A stretch of DNA of 64,000 nucleotides, taken from assembly GCA_965246885.1 (NCBI GenBank), contig OZ251992.1, forward strand, positions 960,001-1,024,000. Direction: 5' to 3'. The stretch is from Abditibacterium sp. (lineage in GTDB: Bacteria > Armatimonadota > Abditibacteriia > Abditibacteriales > Abditibacteriaceae). The notes beneath the pieces are model-generated. The model was not told the origin of the DNA. It saw nothing but the letters and a program-made list of their open reading frames with translations, and searched no databases. Within the stretch, counting starts at the first letter, position 1, and every line of letters begins with the position of its first letter. The position numbers and the translations under genes are program-made. Positions 1-10,050 of this stretch are shown here, one piece after another.

Positions 1-243
1 CCCACTAACATCGGCAACCCGCGCGAATTTACGGTCTTGGAGTTCGCTGAATTGGTCAAAAAGCTCACTGGCGCCCAGTCGCCGCTCGCTTTTCAGCCGC
101 TTCCCCAAGACGACCCCAAGCAGCGCAAACCCGACATATCCAAAGCCCAGCGCGTGTTGGGTTGGGAGCCGAAAGTGGGCATCGAAGACGGCCTGCGCCA
201 AACGCTGGACTACTTTGCCGCCCGTTTAAAGGCCAGCGCGTAA
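1..243 (+). CDS. UDP-glucuronate decarboxylase-like NAD-dependent epimerase/dehydratase, 3' end (truncated by window edge)
   Basis: Frame reads [21 protein letters not shown]...[27 protein letters not shown], the typical UXS/extended-SDR C-terminus. Confidence 0.85.
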   Translation, partial: PTNIGNPREFTVLEFAELVKKLTGAQSPLAFQPLPQDDPKQRKPDISKAQRVLGWEPKVGIEDGLRQTLDYFAARLKASA

Positions 244-459
244 GCGACCTGACCGATGGGCCGCCGAGAAAGGACGGGAACGCTTCGGAAGACGTTCGTC
301 TACTTGACGCAACTCCCACTTCTGGACAAACCGGGGCACCACTGCCCCCTTTCTCCTCGCAACGCGCTTCTTTCAAGTGTGTCCAAGGGGAGCAATCGGC
401 GTGTGCGAGGGTGCAAGGCCCCGATCCGTGACAAAGCGACTTTTAATTAGCTGTATCTC

Positions 460-3400
460 ATGCAACTCTTTTCGACCCGTTCAACCCAAGGTCAGACCCC
501 TATTTCGTCCCCTCGCCGCGCGCATCGCGGTTGGGCACAGCCGCGCTTTCTTATAGGAGGCGCGGCTTTGGCGTTAGCTGGAGCGACGTGGGCGGCTTTG
601 GCCGCGCCCAAGCTCCAAAGCAAAACGCCCGCCGTCAAGACTGCCAGTTCAGTTGCGGCGGCTTCGGTCAGTCCACCCGTGACGCTGTCGCAGTTGCCCG
701 CCCTTGTCGCGCACATGGGCGCGGCGCGCAGCCTTTCCGTCGCTACAGGCCAAAGCGGGGCCGTCACCCAAAGCGGATTGGCCTCGCGCACTTCGGCGGC
801 GGCGGGCACGGGGAAGACGGGCTTCAACCTCGTCGAAACGGACTTGACTCCTAATTCCCCTTCCGACGAGCGCGAGCCGGTCGTGTCGCCGAGCGGCGAC
901 CTTATCACCTTTACCTCGACGGGCGCCGACTCCACTGCCAAGGATGCCAACCCCAAAGGGCGCATTGACTCCCTTGCGCCGGGTGGCTTCAAGCACATCT
1001 GGATCATGAACCGCGACGGGTCGAGCCAGCGCCAAGTGACGGGGTTTGGAGCCGACGCGAATCGCAATCAATCGCACCCCACATGGTCGCCCGACGGCAA
1101 CCAGCTGGCTTATTCCGATCAGGACGACGATGCTACTGGAGGCAATACCATCTTGGATGCCAACGGTAAGGTCACTGCAAAAGGGTCGCAGTTGTGGATC
1201 GTGTCGGCTCTGGATCAGAACCCCATCCCCTCGCAACGCACCTTTTTCCACAAAGAGAACGGTGTGGTCGCCACCGTCGAATCTCCCGCGTGGGCGCCCA
1301 GTGGTCTGAGCATCGCCTATGTAGCCAACTACGACGCGCGTCCCACGATCAACGGTATCCCCTCGACCGCCGACGGCGCGCGCATCCTGCCCACGCGCGA
1401 CATTTTTATCATCGCTCCCGATGGCTCGGCCAATTCCATCACCCGCGTCACCGGCGACGCCACCAACGACCCCGTCGGCAATCAGACCGATGACAACAAC
1501 CCGGCGTGGGCGACAGTGAACACCAACGTGCTGTTCTTTTCGTCCAACCGCGATCTGGCGGGTAAGTTGACGGGCGCGGCGGCCAATGGTCGCCGCATTT
1601 GGCGTATCCTCGCCGACGGCACCAAAGCGAACCAAGTCACCGACCCCACCCAACGCGCGCAAGGCGCGCCGGATGACGTGGACGATTATCCCGCGCCGTC
1701 CATCCAGACGTTCTTTCCCAGCTACATCGGGCAAAGGAAACCTCAGGTGGACTCCCCTGAGCAACTCGCCTTCCAGTCCAACTCTTATATAGATGCCTCC
1801 GACCAAGCGGACGGCCCGCGCGGGCGCGACCTCAACATCTGGTCTGTCCCCATCGACTCCGCCAGTTTCGGCGCGCCGCCGCCGGAGCCGCGCGTGTATG
1901 TCGGCTCCTATACCGATGGGAAGATCGTGGGCGTCAATGTCCGCACCTCGCAGGTATCGACCGTCGTGCCGCGCATCCCCGCCAACACTTTTAGCTTTGT
2001 TCCCCATGTCGAGGATGTCGTCGTTTCCGCCGATGGGCAATACGTCTACGCCGCCGACCGCGACAACGCCCGCATTGACCGCTTCTATGAGTCCGACGGA
2101 ACGCCCGCCGGTAACCCCTCATCCGGTCTCGCCTTCACACCAGCCACCGTTACCAACCCCACAGGCGTCGTTGAATATAATGGCTACTTATACGTCGCAT
2201 CGGGCTACCCCAACCCCGGCGCTTCCGCGAAGCCGCCAACTGCCACCCAAACGCTCTACCGCTTCAACACTTTCGACGGCACCACCGCCGGAAACGCAAC
2301 CGGCACCACCCCCGACCCGACTGGTAAGACGGTCGTCAACACGACCGGCGCTTTCTCGAACGGCGAAACAGACGCCAACGGAGGCACCGTTTCCAACGGC
2401 GCCGAGGGTATAGCCATCACCCCCGAAGGCAACTACATCGCCGTCGCCGCGCTGATTGACAACAAGATCAACCTCTACGACACCCAGACCGGAAATTACC
2501 TGTTTGACGCTACGACCAACACTTCGCTCGTGTCGGGTGACAAGACTGCCAACGGCGGCCTCAACTTGCCAACGGGCCTTGCGTGGGGGCCGGACTTTAA
2601 CGGCGATGGTTTCGCCGACCTCTACGCTTGCTCCAGCGGCGACAACTCCATCAAGGTCTACGCTGGCCCCAACCCCTACGCGCGCGACTCATTCACCAAA
2701 GCGCGCACTCCCTTTGCTCTGGTCGGCGCCAAGGGCGACACGCGCCCCGGCACGTTCTTGGGCAATCTCGTCCAAAGCAACCAAAACGGCTACGACAACG
2801 GCCTCAACGCGCCCGAACGCATCAAAATCGTTGACATCGCCAAACACGACAATAGCGGAGCCACCCCGCCCGACACCTACGGCACCGATGGCATCTTCGA
2901 GGTCTACGTGTCCAGCTTTTCCGCTCCTGGTTCGACCACGCCGGGCGATGGCTACCAAGTCCTGCGCTTTGAACTGGACACCAAAAAGCACCGGGCCTAC
3001 TCGTGGCCCGCAGGAGCCGGTGTACCCGCAGCATCGAGTTCGAGTGACGCCGCTTACATCTCGCTTCCCGTTAACTTCAACGACGATTCGCAGGTTACGC
3101 TCAAAGGCGCCGCCAGCTTTAGCTTCAACCGGGCGACCACCACGCAACTCAACGCCGTCACGTTGCCCCCCAGCGCCGACGAAACGTCGGGTGCGGCTTT
3201 GGTGCTGACCAACATCTTGTCCAGCCCAAACAATTTCAAGGCTTCGCTGCTGCCCTCGCCCCAAACTGTGGATCGCTCCGCCGACCGGGAGCCTTCTTTC
3301 TCCCGTAACACGGCGACAAGGCAAACCCTTGCGCGAGTAGTGTTCGCGTCGGGGCGTAAGTACTCCCCGACTCCCGACGCCACCACGCCGATCAACCCTT

Positions 3401-6400
3401 CCGGCGGCGACCAATTCAACACCGACGGCAGCTCTGCTGTGGGCGTTACACACGACATTTGGATCACGTCATCTCGCGACACCACGCCCCCGGCTCTTGT
3501 GCCGCAAGGCGCTGGCAACTTGCAATACCCCGTTGTCGCGCCGCAACCCGACGCGCCGTTCTTCGCGCCGCGCACAGCGGAAGCGGGCCTCGTTCCCAAC
3601 CAAACACCCACCCAAAGCGAGGTGAACGAATTGACGGCTACCCCGTCGTCATCAGCTAACACCTACGCTAATCATGGCGGCTTGCGCTTTGCCGTCGTGA
3701 TGCACGATGTCGAGAGCGGTCTGCGAGAAGGTGCCGCTTCACGAGCGGTCACCGTCAGTTTTTACAACGCCGATAAGCGCCAATTCAGGACGACGCAGGA
3801 CAACCCGAACGAGGGCATCGCTGTTTCGCGCGCGGAAGAACAAAAAGCGGCGATCGTCAGCATCAATGGGCAGACATCGTTCTCGCTCAACGTCTACGAC
3901 GACGGCCCCGTTTCGGCGGGTGGCCACGAGCAGGAGGCGGGTGCAGTCGCGGGTGACGGCAACTACTATTGCGAGGGCGTCTTGCCCACGCCACCCGTTG
4001 GAGACTACTATATAGATGTCAGCGCCTTCGACCGCGCGGGCAACTACTTCAACTACGACAACGTCTGGGGCTTCTCAACGCGCCGCTTCGTGCGTCAAGG
4101 AACTACCAGCGACCTGTTCGTTTCCGACTACACCTGCGGTCAGTTGTTCCCCTTCGAATTAAACACCAACGTTCGTTCCAACAACATGCCCCCCGTCGAG
4201 AGTTACTACCTCGACAATCCCGGCGGCTTTGAGATTGACGCGAAAACGGGCAACCCGATCGTGGACAAGAATGGCGCGCCAGTTGGCGTTTCCCGCACTT
4301 CCACCTTCTCCAATGTGGACGTATGGCGCGTGCTGTGTCGCGGGCCAGTCACGCAAGACGTGCTGAACGCGTACAGACCAAGTATCGTCAAGCAGATAGA
4401 CCCGACCACGCCCTATCCCGGCGCTACTCCCACGCCGACGCCCGGCGCCGGGCCAACGGCTACACCGGTGGCGACGCCCGTTCCCGGCACGACGCCCTTG
4501 CCCTTCACCCAACTAACCCGCAATGTCGCCGTGTCCAACGCGGCTGTTATCTGGGCGGCACCTTATGCGGGTTCCACCTTCGTCGGCCCCGGCACCATCA
4601 CCGACCCCACCACACAAGCGGCCCTGACCTCCTTCTTGCAAGACGGCGGACGCTTGTTCTTGTCTGGGCGTAGCATTGCGTGGGCGCTGTCCAGCGGCGG
4701 CGCATTGGACAATAACTTCCTCAACACCGAACTCGCCGCGAAATTCAAGAGCGAGCAACGGTTGCTCGGCAATGTCATCACGGCTTCAAACAACGGGAGC
4801 TTCCTGAGCAACGAATTCAATGCCAAGCCGCCCGCCAAATTTAGCGGCGACTTCGTCAACTTGGAGTTCCCTTACCACTTTAGTGGGGACAAGGCGCCGG
4901 ACTCATATACCGACTCGGCCACCACGCAAGACCCCTTCTTCTACAACTACGTCGACATCCTTACCCCGCAAACTGCGTCGGGTGTGACGGTTACTACCGA
5001 CTACAATGCGCCCGAAGGAGTGGTTGGGCAGCGCATCGTGAACAGCAAGCGCAACAACGGTCTGGAGTCGCGCGCCGTCTTCTTCGGCTTCGGCTTCGAG
5101 GCCATCAATCGCCGCTACACCGCAAATGGCGACTACCCGCCCGCGCTGGATACGCGCTTCCGCTTGGGTCGGCAGATACTGCAGTACTTCAAGACCAGTG
5201 GCGTGAGCGGAACAGTCACCAACACGGCGACCAACCTGCCCGTTCCCAACTTCCTCGTGCGCGTCGATGGCCCCGGTGGGCCGTATTTCGCCCGCACCGA
5301 CGCTCGCGGCCAGTACTCCGTGACCGGCCTTTCCACTGGCCGCTTCACCGCGAGCGCCTACTTGGACTCCAAGAACTTGACCTCGCCGCAAGGCTTCTTT
5401 GGCGTCGTCGGCATCTTTGACGACATCGTTGGCGGCGGCGCTGCCGCCACCGGCTTGAATTTGGCCGTCACCCCCGCCGTTCCCGGCGCGGTCATCGGTC
5501 GGGCCGTCTCCCCAACCGGCGCGCCGCTTCCCAATTTGCCTGTCCTGATCAAGTCCATCGGTCAGTCGAGCATCTTTCCCAACGGCGGCCAGTTCGTGCG
5601 CCTTGGCTTCACCAACGCGAGCGGCATCTTTAGCTTCGCCAACGTCCCGGCGCAGGCTGAGATGCAGGTCATCTTCAACCCGAAGGGCACCGACATCCCG
5701 GCTGGCTCCAACGTCAACTACGACCCCTTCAAGCAACGCCTCAAAACCGTTGGCTACCGCGTGTTGCCCGAAATCGGCGGCAAACGCCCCAGCCCCATCA
5801 TCGTGCCGTCGGGAGACAACTTCTACCTCAACGACGTTGACCCCGACACGACCAAAAACGAGGGGCCGCCCATTGTCGTGGGCACCGGCTCCTCTATTGC
5901 GGGCACGGTCTCCATCAATAGCGCTCCGGTGGCGGGCGCGACGGTGCAACTGCTGAACACCGACTCCAGTGGCAACCCCACAACGGTGACTTCGTACCCC
6001 GTGCAAACATCGGGCACTGGCGGTGTGACGGGCGCGGAAGGCCGCTACACCTTCACCGGCATCAAAGCTTCTGCGATCCCGACCAAATACGCGATTAAAG
6101 TCTCCGTCCCAGTGCCTACTGGGGGAACGAGCACTTTCACCTTGAGCCGCACGGCCATCGTGACGCTCGCCCAAGGCGACGACCCGACCCAAAACTTTGA
6201 TTTCGTCCTCGGCTCCTTAACCGGAAACGTGGTCACTCAGAGCGACAACAAGCCCGCAGTGGGCGCGACCGTTTCCTTGCAAAATGCGGACGGCTCGCCC
6301 TCGCTCGCCACCGCCAAAGCCACAACCGACGCAGGCGGTGTTTATACCATCGCCAATGTTCCCACTGGCGACTACACCTACGACGCCACGAGCAAAAGCT

Positions 6401-8439
6401 TCGTTTACTCGCCCGGATCGGGCAAGTCGGTCACTTACGCTGTCTTCGCTGTACTGGGCGTGCAGTCGGGTAGCCAAACCGTCTCGTTCCTGCCCACTGC
6501 CGCCTTCCCGGTGAAGGTGCCCACCATCGCCATCCTCAACCAGCAGTTGGCGGGCACGGTGTCGTTGCAAACCATCTCGGCGAGCGGCACCACGACGGCC
6601 AACTTCGCCGGAGCGACGGTGGAACTGCTCGACGCCAACGGCAACTCCTTCGCCACGCCGCGCACCACCATCTCCGCGAGCGATGGCTCCTACTTGTTCC
6701 CCGGCATCCCCGCCGGAACCTACAAAGTTCGCGCTTCCGCGAATGGCGACAGCACCACTTCCGACGCTTTCACCACGCCCGGCGGCGCCTTCCAAGGCCC
6801 GACTTTGACGCTGGTGCAAAGTGTGATTTCCGGCACTGTCGTTGACACCGCTTCCAAGCCTGTCGCGGGTGTGACCGTTTCGCTCAGCCAGAACGGGACG
6901 GTCTTGGAAAGCAAGACCACCGGTGCTGACGGCACCTTCGCATTCAGCCCGGTCGGGGCGGGAAGCGGCTATCTCGTGAACGCGGTCAAAACCACGCAAT
7001 CGGGTTCCAAAGCGGTGCCCACTTTTGCGCGCGGAACGGCTCCGGCTTCGGTTGTCATTACGCTCAAGACCACGCCGCTCGGCGCACCCGTCGGCCCGAC
7101 GTTCAGCAAGGGCCAGACCTACGCGATCTCGGTGCCCTTTGCGACTTCGACCAACGCCGCAGCGCGCAACAGCTTCGACCGCTCTGGCGCCGACGCAACA
7201 GTTCCGCTCGCGCAAGCGTTCAACTACGGCCCCACGACCACCAACGCGGCGGGGCAAACGGTGCAACTTTACACCGTCCAGCGCTTCAATCCGAACACCC
7301 TCGTCTACGAGACCATTCCCAACACCGGGAACTTGGTGCGTGGCGAAGGTTACTTGCTCAAAGTCATTGACGTGCCAGCGAGCGGCCAGAAACTGCGCTT
7401 CGCCACGCCCGCCGATGACCCCACCTTGGTCGGGCTGGCTACCACAGGCGCCCCGACGTTCACGGTCAACCTCGTTTACAACGGCAGCACCGTCAACAAC
7501 CCGCTCAATGGCCGCAACTTCATTGGCTTCGGCTTCGACCCGACGCTGTATGACTCCGTCGTATGGGACACCGACAACACCACGACTGACCCCGCCCAAG
7601 CGTCGGTGAACGTTGTGTATAGCGGCAACACCTACACCCTGCGCCAAGCGGTGGCGAGACGGCTGATCTTGTCAACTCTCACCACCCTTGACGGCACGAC
7701 GGGCCGCTCCGTCGCCACCAACCGACTTGTTGGCTTCGGCGGTTACTTCGTTACGGCGCGCACTTCCGGCGTCCAACTGGTCTTCCAAAACCCGCAAAAC
7801 GCGCCCAACACCGGAACCACGACGTTCTTGCCCTACAGCACCTACGTCTTCTCGGTTCCTTTTGCCGCGACCGGAGATGCGACCAGCACGGTTGCCATTA
7901 GCGCGGCGTTCTCACCTTCTGGGGCGAACGACTTCACCATCTACAAGTTCGACGCCGCCAATCAAAAGAACAACCGCGCTTTGGGCAAGGATTTCTTGCC
8001 TGTCACCGGCGCCTTGCAGCGCGGCGTGGGCTATATCCTCAAAACCGGCGCGACGCCGCTCCGTCTCAACACCGACGGCGCCACGCTAAACGCCACGACG
8101 TTCTCGGTTACGCTCGTTCGCAACACGAACTTCAAGGCCCAAACGCGCCAAAGCAACTCGACCAACGGTTACAACTTGATCGCGTTTCCGTTCGATCCGT
8201 TCACCATCGCGCCCGTCCCGTTCTCTTCGGCGCAGGTTCGCATCGGTGGCGGCAATTCCATCAGCCTGACCCAAGCGACGGCGGCGGGCATCCTGTCCGA
8301 CAAACTCTACACCGTTGACGCAAAGGGCGTGTTGACACCTGTCCCGGCAGGCGAACAAGTGCTGCGCCCCTTCCGCGCTTACTTTGTGCAAATCTACCGC
8401 GATAACGTGACCCTCACGTTTTCCGGGACGACCAACTAA
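460..8439 (+). CDS. Giant secreted multi-domain surface protein (PD40/TolB-like propeller, second beta-propeller, tandem carboxypeptidase-regulatory-like beta-sandwich repeats, duplicated C-terminal domain)
   Basis: 2659-aa ORF with an N-terminal hydrophobic segment, PD40-like motifs (PVVSPSGD, PTWSPDGNQLAY, PAWAPSG), DFNGDGFADL Ca-binding-like motif, repeated GTV..S.P.AGATV.L...TT.A.G.YTF units, a Thr/Pro linker and strong C-ending codon bias. Confidence 0.85.
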   Translation: MQLFSTRSTQGQTPISSPRRAHRGWAQPRFLIGGAALALAGATWAALAAPKLQSKTPAVKTASSVAAASVSPPVTLSQLPALVAHMGAARSLSVATGQSGAVTQSGLASRTSAAAGTGKTGFNLVETDLTPNSPSDEREPVVSPSGDLITFTSTGADSTAKDANPKGRIDSLAPGGFKHIWIMNRDGSSQRQVTGFGADANRNQSHPTWSPDGNQLAYSDQDDDATGGNTILDANGKVTAKGSQLWIVSALDQNPIPSQRTFFHKENGVVATVESPAWAPSGLSIAYVANYDARPTINGIPSTADGARILPTRDIFIIAPDGSANSITRVTGDATNDPVGNQTDDNNPAWATVNTNVLFFSSNRDLAGKLTGAAANGRRIWRILADGTKANQVTDPTQRAQGAPDDVDDYPAPSIQTFFPSYIGQRKPQVDSPEQLAFQSNSYIDASDQADGPRGRDLNIWSVPIDSASFGAPPPEPRVYVGSYTDGKIVGVNVRTSQVSTVVPRIPANTFSFVPHVEDVVVSADGQYVYAADRDNARIDRFYESDGTPAGNPSSGLAFTPATVTNPTGVVEYNGYLYVASGYPNPGASAKPPTATQTLYRFNTFDGTTAGNATGTTPDPTGKTVVNTTGAFSNGETDANGGTVSNGAEGIAITPEGNYIAVAALIDNKINLYDTQTGNYLFDATTNTSLVSGDKTANGGLNLPTGLAWGPDFNGDGFADLYACSSGDNSIKVYAGPNPYARDSFTKARTPFALVGAKGDTRPGTFLGNLVQSNQNGYDNGLNAPERIKIVDIAKHDNSGATPPDTYGTDGIFEVYVSSFSAPGSTTPGDGYQVLRFELDTKKHRAYSWPAGAGVPAASSSSDAAYISLPVNFNDDSQVTLKGAASFSFNRATTTQLNAVTLPPSADETSGAALVLTNILSSPNNFKASLLPSPQTVDRSADREPSFSRNTATRQTLARVVFASGRKYSPTPDATTPINPSGGDQFNTDGSSAVGVTHDIWITSSRDTTPPALVPQGAGNLQYPVVAPQPDAPFFAPRTAEAGLVPNQTPTQSEVNELTATPSSSANTYANHGGLRFAVVMHDVESGLREGAASRAVTVSFYNADKRQFRTTQDNPNEGIAVSRAEEQKAAIVSINGQTSFSLNVYDDGPVSAGGHEQEAGAVAGDGNYYCEGVLPTPPVGDYYIDVSAFDRAGNYFNYDNVWGFSTRRFVRQGTTSDLFVSDYTCGQLFPFELNTNVRSNNMPPVESYYLDNPGGFEIDAKTGNPIVDKNGAPVGVSRTSTFSNVDVWRVLCRGPVTQDVLNAYRPSIVKQIDPTTPYPGATPTPTPGAGPTATPVATPVPGTTPLPFTQLTRNVAVSNAAVIWAAPYAGSTFVGPGTITDPTTQAALTSFLQDGGRLFLSGRSIAWALSSGGALDNNFLNTELAAKFKSEQRLLGNVITASNNGSFLSNEFNAKPPAKFSGDFVNLEFPYHFSGDKAPDSYTDSATTQDPFFYNYVDILTPQTASGVTVTTDYNAPEGVVGQRIVNSKRNNGLESRAVFFGFGFEAINRRYTANGDYPPALDTRFRLGRQILQYFKTSGVSGTVTNTATNLPVPNFLVRVDGPGGPYFARTDARGQYSVTGLSTGRFTASAYLDSKNLTSPQGFFGVVGIFDDIVGGGAAATGLNLAVTPAVPGAVIGRAVSPTGAPLPNLPVLIKSIGQSSIFPNGGQFVRLGFTNASGIFSFANVPAQAEMQVIFNPKGTDIPAGSNVNYDPFKQRLKTVGYRVLPEIGGKRPSPIIVPSGDNFYLNDVDPDTTKNEGPPIVVGTGSSIAGTVSINSAPVAGATVQLLNTDSSGNPTTVTSYPVQTSGTGGVTGAEGRYTFTGIKASAIPTKYAIKVSVPVPTGGTSTFTLSRTAIVTLAQGDDPTQNFDFVLGSLTGNVVTQSDNKPAVGATVSLQNADGSPSLATAKATTDAGGVYTIANVPTGDYTYDATSKSFVYSPGSGKSVTYAVFAVLGVQSGSQTVSFLPTAAFPVKVPTIAILNQQLAGTVSLQTISASGTTTANFAGATVELLDANGNSFATPRTTISASDGSYLFPGIPAGTYKVRASANGDSTTSDAFTTPGGAFQGPTLTLVQSVISGTVVDTASKPVAGVTVSLSQNGTVLESKTTGADGTFAFSPVGAGSGYLVNAVKTTQSGSKAVPTFARGTAPASVVITLKTTPLGAPVGPTFSKGQTYAISVPFATSTNAAARNSFDRSGADATVPLAQAFNYGPTTTNAAGQTVQLYTVQRFNPNTLVYETIPNTGNLVRGEGYLLKVIDVPASGQKLRFATPADDPTLVGLATTGAPTFTVNLVYNGSTVNNPLNGRNFIGFGFDPTLYDSVVWDTDNTTTDPAQASVNVVYSGNTYTLRQAVARRLILSTLTTLDGTTGRSVATNRLVGFGGYFVTARTSGVQLVFQNPQNAPNTGTTTFLPYSTYVFSVPFAATGDATSTVAISAAFSPSGANDFTIYKFDAANQKNNRALGKDFLPVTGALQRGVGYILKTGATPLRLNTDGATLNATTFSVTLVRNTNFKAQTRQSNSTNGYNLIAFPFDPFTIAPVPFSSAQVRIGGGNSISLTQATAAGILSDKLYTVDAKGVLTPVPAGEQVLRPFRAYFVQIYRDNVTLTFSGTTN

Positions 8440-8453
8440 CTGCTTTCCGATTC

Positions 8454-8493
8454 CGAGCCGCCGCGACCTTTCAGTCGCGGCGGTTCGCATTTG
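8454..8493 (+). terminator. Probable intrinsic terminator of the giant protein gene
   Basis: Hairpin cgagccgccgcgac / gtcgcggcggttcg about 15 nt after the stop, followed by cattt. Confidence 0.6.
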
Positions 8494-8499
8494 TGGGGT

Positions 8500-8667
8500 G
8501 TCTGGCGCGCGATGACAGACGTGTGTCGCTCGTGGGCGCATGTCTGTCGCTCGTGGGCGCGCGTGTGTCGCTCGTGGGCGCATGTCTGGCACCGCCTGCC
8601 AGACGTCTGCGACTCGTCGGCGGACGTGTGGCACCGCGTCGCGGACGGCGGTGGATGCGTGGCGGAA
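8500..8667. repeat. Degenerate 21-bp-period tandem repeat (about 8 units)
   Basis: Units gtgtgtcgctcgtgggcgcat (8521), gtctgtcgctcgtgggcgcgc (8542) and gtgtgtcgctcgtgggcgcat (8563), flanked by diverged units in the same phase. Confidence 0.85.
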
Positions 8668-8746
8668 GACGGCGGGCGCGTAGGTCACAACTTCCATTGT
8701 ATTCGCGCAAGTCCCGAGTGCACGCGCGTCGTCTGAAAAGGGAGCG

Positions 8747-9295
8747 ATGCGATTTCTGTTGGGGTTGGCGCGCACCCTCGTGGCGCTCTGTTTGGGCGTG
8801 TGGATAGGCGGCCTCGCGTTTTTTGGCGCGATTACGGCGGCGATCATGTTTCCGATGACGCGCCGCGCGGGAGTGCCCGAATTGGCGCCGCTCATGGTCG
8901 GGCCGATGCTGTCGCGCTTCGCCCTCGTTTGCACGGCCTGCTCCCTCTTTATCGTGATGGGCTGGCTACTCGATGGGGCGCTGACCCGGCGCGCGGCGTG
9001 GTGGCGGGCGCAAGGCGCGCTTTCGCTGGCGGCGGTGGCGTTGGGGGCGTATCTGAACTTCGGCTTGCTCCCACAGGTGGAGCGCGACCAAAGCGTGGTC
9101 ATCCCCATCTACGCCGCGTCGCTGCGCCCACACGCGTCGCTGTCTCCCGAACAAAGGCAGATAAAAGCGCGCTTCGACGCGGGGCACGCGCTGTTTGGGC
9201 AGTGGTCGCGCCTCAATTTATGGCTCCTCGTGGGCGCCCTCGCGTGCCTGATGGCGCGCACACTGCCCGACGTCGGCGAGCACCAAAAGGCGTAA
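8747..9295 (+). CDS. DUF4149/TMEM205-like membrane protein
   Basis: Four hydrophobic segments, W.GG..FF start and F...H...S..N end; GGGAG RBS upstream. Confidence 0.7.
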   Translation: MRFLLGLARTLVALCLGVWIGGLAFFGAITAAIMFPMTRRAGVPELAPLMVGPMLSRFALVCTACSLFIVMGWLLDGALTRRAAWWRAQGALSLAAVALGAYLNFGLLPQVERDQSVVIPIYAASLRPHASLSPEQRQIKARFDAGHALFGQWSRLNLWLLVGALACLMARTLPDVGEHQKA

Positions 9296-9334
9296 GGCGA
9301 AGCGCACCCCAAAGGCATTGTTAAAATAAGGGCG

Positions 9335-9934
9335 ATGAGTTCGCCGCTTTCTTCTTTTTCGTCCGCGTCCGCGACGCGCGAAGTGACGCCCGCGCGCTGG
9401 GCCGCCATCCAGCTTCTGGCGTGCGATGTGGATGGCGTCTTGACGGACGGCAGTCTCACGTTCGACTCGCACGGCGAGCTAATCCAGACCTTCTATGTGC
9501 GCGACGGCTTCGGCTTGGTGGCGGCGCGGCGGGCAGGAATTAAGATCGCGTGGATTTCGGGGCGCCCCTCCAAAGTCGCGCAACACCGCTTCGATGAATT
9601 GGGGCTGGACTACTGCCTGCTCGCGTGCGACGACAAGGCGGCGGCTATTGCGGACTTACAAGCGCAGTTGGGCATCGGGCCGGAAGCGTGCTGCTTCATC
9701 GGCGACGATGTGCCCGACTTGGCGGCGTTCACGATGTGCGGTTTGCGCGTGGCCGTCGCCGATGCCGAGCCGGTGGTGGTGTCGCGCGCCGACTACATCA
9801 CGCGGGCGCGCGGTGGGCGCGGCGCGGTGCGCGAAATCATTGATCTGATGCTGTCAGCGCGTGGCTACTGGGACATGATGCTCGACATGTTCGAGAACCC
9901 GCGCGCGCCCAAGCCGGAAGGCTCGCAGAAGTAA
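9335..9934 (+). CDS. kdsC: 3-deoxy-D-manno-octulosonate 8-phosphate phosphatase (HAD family)
   Basis: DVDGVLTDG, RDGFG, ISGR, IGDDVPDL and GGRGAVREI motifs. Confidence 0.9.
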   Translation: MSSPLSSFSSASATREVTPARWAAIQLLACDVDGVLTDGSLTFDSHGELIQTFYVRDGFGLVAARRAGIKIAWISGRPSKVAQHRFDELGLDYCLLACDDKAAAIADLQAQLGIGPEACCFIGDDVPDLAAFTMCGLRVAVADAEPVVVSRADYITRARGGRGAVREIIDLMLSARGYWDMMLDMFENPRAPKPEGSQK

Positions 9935-10050
9935 CATGCCCTCCCCGCGCCTCCTCGAACTCGGTTTAATCGTTTGGTTCCTCCTCGTGTTCCTCGTGTT
10001 CTTTGGAGGAGCGTCGCTTTTGTTCTCGGTTTAGAAAGAAAGAAGGCCCG

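Noticed and set aside
244..459. Riboswitch in the leader of the giant gene
   Set aside because: Some hairpins are present (e.g. about 272-300), but no aptamer consensus I can recognise; an Rfam scan is needed.
649..7647. Long antisense and alternate-frame ORFs (e.g. 649-2040, 4903-6192, 6217-7647; similarly 12063-13550, 23778-25085, 37445-38830)
   Set aside because: Shadow ORFs expected from GC-rich codon bias opposite real genes; no motifs.
8500..8667. CRISPR array
   Set aside because: The units are contiguous 21-mers with no unique spacers, and no cas genes are in the window.
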